DNA of 64,000 nt from Phoronis australis (Eukaryota; Animalia; Phoronida), in NCBI GenBank assembly GCA_002633005.1, contig NMRA01000014.1:1580635-1644634 (forward strand), given 5' to 3'. Position 1 is the stretch's first letter. Every line of letters begins with the position of its first letter. The translations under genes and the position numbers were made by a program. The notes under the pieces are model-generated. The model saw only the letters and a list, made by a program, of their open reading frames with translations, ran no database searches and had not been told where the DNA came from. Of the stretch, positions 55,170 to 64,000 are shown one piece after another.

Positions 55170-57808
55170 TTAAATGTCACAGAATTCGTTCTACACTCAG
55201 ATGCGATTGGTTGTTCAGGCTTGTAAAGAGCTATGCTCGCATAAAACAACCTCGCGTTGTTGAGAGCGGTCTCAAGAATTAAATGACTGGCAGTTTCCGC
55301 GCCAATTTTCACCTCTTATTTGTGCAAGGAACAAGTTGAGCTCAGTTCCACCACTTTAAAAACTCCAGTTGTGGCTGAAATGCTGATTTCTGGCACCATT
55401 AAAGTGTAAGGTTAAAAAAAACTAAAGAAAAATTATATATTTGATGTTGTAGTCAATTAGAAATCGCACACCAGTTTTATTTGAAATAAAAGGCGTAACA
55501 ACACAAAAGTTGCATCCGGAAAATGTAAATTATATGTTAGCATTCATCAACACTAGGGGCAGTGTTTTCAGTTTAGTATGTGTCAGATTAGCCAGCAGGT
55601 GGCGCGATAGTGAGGGAGGACTAATAAGGTTACGATAAAAGCGTGGAATTGATAAGATGAGTTCTTGGTCCCATTACAAGTTTTATGAACTTAAACTTTT
55701 ATAAATCACGGAAAAGTCTTGATCGATATCTATAAAGATTTACATACTCAAAATGTGTGCGATTACTTTGACCAGTGTATTAGCCATTAGTAACAACCAT
55801 CTCCCATCGCTTTTTCAAGTCTTCTGTCAAGGAATTCCTCAATTTGCCTGTTTTCTTTGCAGGGAATGGCATAGAGTAACATATTCAGACTTCGTGAAAT
55901 GGCCCAAAAATGGTAAAATCTGATTAGAGGTGCTGCGATTTAAAATGCAAAAGTAAAATCGCCTCCTCGTCCTCTAGAGGCCACTAGTATCCGGTCCCTC
56001 GTGATCAGTCACCACTTTAAACTGGTAGTACACAGAGCTAGAAAAACCAGGTCCACACAGCTGTATACCTCTTTTCACTCCGGTGACTCAGCTGGCCAGC
56101 AACCTGGCCACAGTCGCTACACTGAGCACTGCCGAGTTACATGTACCAGAGTTACAGATACAACCACAAATCGCAAAATCAAGTATGGCGATTTGCTGTA
56201 CCATCATGGCGATTACCATCGACATTTAAGTGTCAACACGATCGCTTTGTAGACATACATCTATGCAGCAATGAACAGGGCATCATATATGTACAGGTAA
56301 TTATGCTTCGCTTGGCAAGACATGGCGTTTCAAAGCTTGCTTACGTTCCTCAGTCCTGAGAATTTTAGGAAAATTAAGAGAGACCTTGAATCAAGTTGAT
56401 GCTGGAGGGCGCTTTTTATTTATTTTTTATTTTAGTCAGTGAATGCAAATCTCAAAATGGATCGGGGAGAAACCTCCATTTCTCCCTGTTTAGAAAGGAA
56501 AATGGAATTAACCGTTTTGTTCTCATGGGCCTGGTCATATTTTTGAAGTGATAGGATTCAATTTCAAATTTCCATTAAGACCATTAAAGCCACCAGCAAC
56601 TCAAATAAAGGCGTCAGCCTTGTATTCATGTTGAATCCCGACTAAAGTTGCAGACTCCAAAACGGCGTATTTACGAGTTGCCTGTGAGTTGACGGCTCAT
56701 TCGGCAGTATCCCAAGATTGTATTAGAGTGTTAAAAATTTCAAACCCCAAGAATTCAACATTTACAGCTAAACAGGAGCGAAATAAAGCTTGGAGCTAGG
56801 AACCAATTGGTTCCTAGCTTGGAGTTAGCGAACGTTGGTCTCAAAATGGGTCGGGCAAAGACCGGAACCACTTGTGCTTTTCTGCCTTTTCTCTATTATA
56901 CACAATGCCTTGGTTCAGTCAGAGCCATACTCTTGTGCCCAAGGTAAATTACAATCTACCCCTCGTATGCTTTTTACGACAATTTAGCTGATAGTCGGTT
57001 CTCGACTTCATTTTGCCGACTTCGGCATAGTAATACCTTCTCGATCGAACAGTGTATTCTTATTGTAGGATTATATCTCACCTCTTGTCTCTCCAGTACT
57101 CAAACAAAAAATAGCTTCTCTAAGACACATCAATGATCTCCTCACTATCTGCCCACTGGTTTGAGAACGCGTTTTGGAAGCCGTGGAAGCCAGCAATCGA
57201 TGTCTTAGGCGGTATCCAGTGCAGTGAACACCCGCACTCAATGCACAACAAAGTTTGAGACTGTTAATTTAAATCTGAAATAAAACTTTCCGATTTCCAC
57301 AAATTACTGACATGAACCTATAATTTCTGGTTCGTTCTTTTGCACGTGCTCAGTGGGGCATTATCAACGGTAAGTCCAACGTTGTCTCGCACTCAGCCTG
57401 CATGTCCTTGCGTCAGAGTCCTCTGGATTTTTCGAAAACGAGGCCACTTGGTCAGGCGTTTTCACCATATTAGTCCACTATACGAACTAATTTATGTACG
57501 TATTACACCAATTTCAAATTGTTTCTTATTTCTCTCATTTCTGTAAGTTTGGAAACAAACATTTATTTAATGGCTTCTCAGTGATAGCAGTATCACGCAG
57601 TTCGTTTTGACTAATACGAAAGTAGAAGCACAGCTTTACTGTAAGCCAAAACAGTGCTTTGGTGAGTGACATTGAGAGCAGTAGGCATGGTGATCACAAC
57701 CCACCTTTATCATCTAGATTATGACTCACAATTGTAAAACCATGCTTTTTATGTCCATCAGGTTTAAATACACCGCACCGGTTGACCGCATCCTTGACCT
57801 ACCATTAA

Positions 57809-57887
57809 AGGACCAGGTATCAGAATTGTCCACCAAGCTCTAATTAAATTTTATTGTGAATCTATCAAGCTGGCTTCCCCTGGTCTT
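57809..57887. mobile_element. Very short Kolobok-like MITE
   Basis: TTAA-AGGACCAGG ... CCTGGTCTT-TTAA. Confidence 0.4.
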
Positions 57888-59249
57888 TTAACGACAAACA
57901 TATTAAATATTATAAGGGCTGTGTGAAAACACCAACAAAGGATTATTTAAGAAGAGAATTACACGGAATATTTAAATAGTACCAGACATCACCACCCTGA
58001 CAGTACCTGTAATGGCATTACGTTTTGAGTACAACTTTCTAATGTGTAAAAGCTCAGAATTAATTTTATCCTGGTAATTGTTACTGCTTTGTTTTATACT
58101 ATTTTTCTTTTCAGTGAAACGGTTTACGGTAAATAGGAAAAATATTTTCAGCGATCGTCCAGAAAATGGAATGAACTTTTATAATTGTCGGATGTATGAA
58201 CATACAAGATTTCATAGACTTTTCGGTGTACCATATATCATTATCAGGGTTATACCAGTCATAGAACAAATAACAGCCAAGCTGGTTTTTACGAAATAGT
58301 GTCGGTGAGCATACTTAAAGTGCTTGAAATCACCAATTCCATATCAAAATACCAAAAAAGCAAGCCCACCAGACGATCAGCTATCAAATTAGAACACTGA
58401 CGTCGATTACGTTACGAGCATTTATTGGTCGTAAAATTGGATCAAACAATCATGACGCTAGTAGTCCTTCATTGCGCTTAGGGTGAAAAGTCGTCAGATA
58501 TCGCTGCTAGTTTTCCCGTGCTTTATGCAATAATAAGGAATGCCGAGGCGTTGCGTTTGTGGTGATTGTGGTAACGTAATTCTTTTCACTTTCACTCTCG
58601 AAACCAGAGAAGCGCTAATATGGCACAGGTTTGTACAAGAAACTGACGTGTAGCTGGACATGACATACTGGCGCTGGGTACGTTCATACATCACACTCAT
58701 GTCCGTTAAGCTAAGAAACTTTCAATTGACATCTCTTTTCTTTTATTTTCTTGTTTTGGGGAATTCACAATTGTGATATGCAATACTATTAGGAAAATGT
58801 AATGATCCTGACAATGTAGTCACTTGTCAAAACAAGGTAAATCGTGGTTTCAACACTTTAATACCACGTACTAACTGGTCATGGGATTGACTATAGAGTG
58901 AAGACACAAGGCAGAGACTCGGGCAAGTTCAAGCTGTTAATCCGCGAATCTCTAAAACTGAGATCTCCCTGAACAGAAATATATTGGCCGGGTCTATTTA
59001 AAGTGACCCGACTTTTGAGGTGTACAGCTGAGACGGAAGGGTATTATCCCACATATATTGAAATATATGGATGGAATGATATGTCTGGTTTGTCTTCAAT
59101 TCAGTGTCGGATAAGTGCAGAAAAAAAGAGTTCATTCTGTATTAATAATGATCAGATATTACAGAATGATGTGTGAGGCGAAACTGAAACATACCTGCTG
59201 AGGAAACAGCAAGTGCAGGACCTGTCTATGACTGAAGCCGGAGTGACAG

Positions 59250-59700
59250 AGCTTAGCATCTTAGCTTCAAGAACGCAGCAACCGAATTCAAGCAGTGATT
59301 TCTTGATTTTACTTCTTGTTTGACATCACTGATTTTTGACGACGTAATACCAAAGTCTCTACTGCAACATCTCGCCGATTTTGGAGCAATATTTGAACGG
59401 GACAACTCAACCCATGAAGAAATTCGACAGTTCGCAGAAAAGTTTCTCAGGTCACATGGAAGAGATTTATTTCCACTTCTGAGAAGGGCATTGCAGATCG
59501 TGTGTGTCTCTGTGGCAAATTGCAAAAGATCCCTCAGCAAAAAACGAAACTGATCAAAACTGTCCAGAGATGAACAATGAGTCGCGTTGGCAAACCTTGC
59601 CATCCTGTCAGTAAAGAAGGAGTGTACGTCTTTTACACAACTTTGACAACATCACTGATAAGTTCGTTGGAAGTGTTGCAGAAGATGGTGTTGAAAATTC
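59250..59700 (+). pseudogene. Decayed hAT transposase, C-terminal dimerisation domain
   Basis: LFPLLRRALQIV..VSVANCKRSLSK / KLIKT / RLANLAILSV / NFDNITDKF across frameshifts and stops matches the Dimer_Tnp_hAT pattern (ERSFSKLKLIK..LRS.M...RL..LA.LS). Confidence 0.8.
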
Positions 59701-61537
59701 AACAGTAGATCGAATCTCCTTATTCCAGTCTTGCCGGGTGAGTGTCAGTGAAGTTCTGACCTTTCCAGTTTGTACTTTTCTTGTGCTGAATTCCACAGTT
59801 TTGTAGATTTAATAAATGCATTCACTATAGTCTTACCTTGTTTAGAAATTACAGGCACGGCCAAAAACATTCTTCCATGAACTAAATACCAAGTTTCCCA
59901 TTTGATATAGTTGTCTTCGAACACACCAAAAGTCCTCGCTACAACACTGCAAGTTGATTTTAAACAACCATTAATAATTTTGAGAAAAAATACATATCAT
60001 TTAGGAGGAAAAACGCACCTCTTCGCTAACAAAAATCCTTTCCTGTGCACAATAACTAAATATTTTTGTCATATTGGATATGCCATCCCTTATATGGTAT
60101 TTTATTAAGCTATAGTTTGAGATTTGTTGGATATCAGCAGTTAGGCCACCTGTTGGCTGAAAATGTAGATGTGCTCTCTTTGTTTTCATTGGTTGGTTAC
60201 ATTATGGTTTGACTGTACTACTCTGTTCCCACAATCCATTGCAATACGAAGTATTCATCGAAAAAAGTCAACAGTCGTATGGGATACCTTCATTTCTAAG
60301 TGATGGGTGTCGGACGTTTATGATTGATGATAGGTTAGTGTTTAGTAACCGAACGCCATTGATAGCATTTTCCGAAAACATTGAAAGTCCTAAAATTGTA
60401 TCCACGGAACAATTCATCCATTCCTTGAAGTGTGTTAGGTGCACAAAAATAATGCCTGGGCGTTTTCAATCAAGCGACCATGCTTTTTTTCTATAAAATC
60501 GCGATTATTTTCATGAAGATCGCCGTAAGGTTTAAAGGTGTGAATTTTAACACAAATGCTGTCTCCGTTTACTCTTTTAGCGTCTTTTAACCTGAGAACC
60601 TAATTGTCAAAAAGGCGAAACGTGATCACAGGCTTATTTTTGTGCACACAGTGTGTTTCTGTGATCATTAAGTATTCTAAATGGTTGCATGGACTGAACA
60701 TTTATGGATTGAAGCACCGTTCGGCGCTCAGTTTCTCCCTGCTTTCAAATGGCAATTCCTGGCTACCAGTCCTGAAAAGTATTGACATCAGATTCCAATG
60801 TTATATAAAATGACCCAGTTGAATTACATATTAAATATTAGCTACCACTAGAACGTAATTTTTGTACTGGAACTTGAACTCGAAATTTTTTGTAATATTT
60901 TCTGTCCTACATTTTAATCAATGATAAGTCTCTATTGTTTTGTGCTTGAATATGGTTTACATGTAGGCATACCGTGAGTTTCTAGTCTTCTTGAGGGCCT
61001 CTTCAACAAACTCTAGTAAAAACTCGAGACTCCAAGTAAATACTCGAGAGTTCAAGCCCAGACTCGAAGTTGAGCTTTAATGATAGGGTCAGAAAGTGCA
61101 AACTAATCAAACAATCTAAGTCGTCGGCCCATCACTAAGAAACAATAACAGATTGCACAAACTGTGCAGATCTATGCCGCCACCTGGCGGTGATGGCGAG
61201 TACTTCCACGTGACATTGGCTGGCGTAAATGAAGGTAGGCACTTTGATTTGCTACTATTAAAGTCTTTTGTTATAACTGCCAGGCATGTCAAACAGGAAG
61301 TAGCAAAAGCCATGATGAAAACATGAAACTTTAATTTATTTTGACGTGAGTTTTTGTGTATTGTATTACTAGTTGTAGCGAAAAACCGAAATTAAAAAGC
61401 TTCTCAATACTGTGTATGCCCGGCAGTCAATTAATTACAGTACTGACACTTTTTAAAAGTAATGCAAGGCGCAAATATGATTTGAAATCCGGCAAGACGT
61501 CGATGCTTTCCATGGAGTTAAAACAATGTATGTATAT

Positions 61538-61605
61538 TACAACAACACTAACAACAACAATGGTAACAACAATAACAACAACAATAGCAACGGTCACAAC
61601 AACCA
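61538..61605. repeat. Degenerate (ACA)n microsatellite
   Basis: acaacaacactaacaacaacaatggtaacaacaataacaacaacaatagcaac... Confidence 0.7.
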
Positions 61606-63050
61606 AGGCATAACGGATAACACTCTCACCGGTTAATATCCTATCAATTGTTGAACTCAATAGATCTACGATCGACTTAAGGTTATCTCAAACCTTATTT
61701 AGTGGCCTCCAATGTAACTCGTATATAATAACCAGGATTTGTCAACTAGTGAGTATATATTTTCTGAAAGAAAAAGGATCAGGGATTATAAAAATATGTT
61801 TATGCGGCATTATTATTATTACGTTAACACTTTTTAAGTCACAATTTCATTGGATAGAGTTGTATACATGTGAATGAAAATGATTTATTTACATTCGTAA
61901 TTATATGTCACTGTAATCTTAACATCAGATTTTTAATTTATGTATTTGTGTATAATAATTATATATGAATTTCTTTGTATTTATTTATCCCAGATACAAT
62001 GCCACTTGGCGCTTTCTGGGTCATGTATATTCATTCTATTGAAGATTTCGTAATAAACATTAAAAAAATCATATCTAAGAAAGGCACATTCATAGCAAAA
62101 TACCCTCTTAGTCGATTTTAATGAAACCTTTTTAAATGAAAACTTCACCAGTCACCTCAAAAACACTATTAGGAATTTTCGATTAGTCTTTTAGTTTGGT
62201 TTCTATTACAGTTTACTCGCAAAAGGTAAGCTACTTCTGTCTTAACCATGTTCCCTATTTCAACATTCACTCGCAATGCCAACTGAATTTGCAGTATCGA
62301 TGAATGTACATGTAACCTCCAATCAGTCACTTCAAAATTGCGGGGTATGAAGGACGGGGTGACGAGGCACGAATGAATGCCGGGATCAATTGTAGTGTCA
62401 TACAGTTGGTTTTTGATAATAGATGCCAAAAAAATTTACTTTCTCCTTGAATTGCAGGGAATTGCAAGATCACGAAAATCGAAAATGTGTTTATAAATTA
62501 CTTTCTTCGTAAACATTTCGCAGAGTTAGATGACACCATTGTTCCGGCAATGTGTGGTGGTGAGGTACGTATGAGTTGTGGTCGGTTCTTCTAATTTATC
62601 AGGTGCGTGTTTGCACTTCATACTAATAGCTATTTTAAATTTGAGATTAGAGACACACTGGCCACGATAATGAAGGAATTTTTTGTTTGTAAATCACTTT
62701 GGAAAAGAACATTAGTATTACCCTGATTAATATTTATGGACTAATAAAGAAGGATTCCGTGAAAATTTATAAGTATCTCGGACTCCTTATTAGACTAAAA
62801 GTTTCTGACTTGACAATATGTGAAACATGGAATTAAGTCGAAGAATTCGAATTGGACTGATGTAACTGTACGCAGCAAAACCCCCCAAACGCCTGAGAAA
62901 AGGTAAAAAACCTTCCAGGTATAATTTGATTGAACTGTGGCGACTTGCCACTTGTAAAGCAATTTATTTGGAAGAAAATAAATCAAATTAGCTGACTTTG
63001 AAAATAGCCACGCCATATTGAAATTTACTATCCCGCCAGAAAGCGATCAG

Positions 63051-63280
63051 GGGTCCGTTCCAACAAACAAATCTTAAACTTTAGCAAATTTCATAATAAA
63101 TCTTAAATTCTTCTCAAGACCGTTTCACGAAAGATTTTGAGTTTGACGTAAGGGTTTGGTATAAGTTTTGTCTTAATTTTGATTATCTTACCAGATGCGG
63201 AAGTTTCAAAATTTGGGATTTGAGACAAATCTTAGACTTAAGTCAAAAATGAACTTAAGTCAGTTTCTTTGAACGGGCCC
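63051..63280 (+). mobile_element. 230-bp Harbinger MITE, same family as 6606-7224, opposite orientation
   Basis: TIRs GGGTCCGTTCCAA / TTTGAACGGGCCC; perfect CAG TSD (63048-63050, 63281-63283); internal cttaccagatgcggaagtttcaaaatttgg matches the reverse complement of about 7037-7066. Confidence 0.85.
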
Positions 63281-64000
63281 CAGGTCTTTGATGGACAGGC
63301 GTTCAGCGCCACCTACAGATCCCATGTAATGCGGACGGGAGGTTTCAACCTACTGGCTTAAACAGGCGTTTTACACTTTTCGTGGTATTATAATGCCGAC
63401 AAATGTACCAATGCCTTGCAAGAATATCAATAGATGAACAAGAGCATCATGGTCCATACATCTCCCATTGAGAAGAAGAACCCTCGACAGTCAGTGGCTG
63501 CGGCTTTTAAAGCAGGAGAATTTCGATACCAGTCGGTGTCAAAAATTTAAAATATATTAGCGAACTTAAACTAATCAAACAATGCGAGAAAATGACTGTG
63601 GAAATTATTCCGCTGCTTTTAAATTAGTGAACGACTATTTAGTAATTGAATTTCTGTCCACCAAATCGGATCGGGTTCAATTGAAAGTCACTTTCGGACT
63701 CCTATTACCGTAAAGAGCACCAATATGAAAAGTCACCCCCCCTAAAAGGTACGACTCGAGTTTTTTGTTAAAATAACCAAGAATTGACCATTTCAGTGTT
63801 AGCTTTTTTCATATTATATTACATACAAGACGTTTTGAGAGAATATGCAGTATTCCCATATAATAAAAAAGTATTTCTAAAATTCTTCAAAAGGAAATAC
63901 AATTCACAAATGATGGAGTTTTGTTCTTTGATGTCATGTTGACGATGATAAGGGATCGAAATATTCATGTTTGTAGAAAATAATTTCTTGAAAGTAAAAG

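Noticed and set aside
59837-59947. Minus-strand exon-like segment VVARTFGVFEDNYIKW...
   Set aside because: Adjacent to a decayed hAT element, no recognisable family, and phase incompatible with the innexin exon.
60968-61010. Minus-strand TTGAAGA...GAAAC hammerhead-like string
   Set aside because: Helix II mismatched and no supporting helix I.

Overview
AT-rich animal genomic DNA (invertebrate; the innexin looks lophotrochozoan/UNC-9-like, but the species cannot be determined from sequence alone), with a 198-N gap near the start. The only long ORF is a 398-aa innexin (18189-19385, minus strand) encoded in one exon, with a splice acceptor 1 nt before its ATG. The main observation is in the apparently empty 28 kb upstream. 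Three short ATG-initiated exons lie about 10 kb apart (26693-26835, 36733-36830, 47406-47566). Each ends in GG|GTRAGT in exactly the phase that fuses in-frame to the innexin exon, each has its own promoter-like motifs, and the encoded peptides resemble one another. This suggests an innexin locus with variable first exons and a constant channel exon; it is inferred and needs RNA evidence. Also present: the first coding exon of a calpain (minus, 4978-5148), a Penelope-like remnant with a variant minimal hammerhead ribozyme, three AcademH-like non-autonomous elements (one interrupted by a foldback element with an 8-bp TSD), two Harbinger deletion derivatives, Kolobok- and hAT-type MITEs, a decayed hAT transposase and a (CAG)36 microsatellite.
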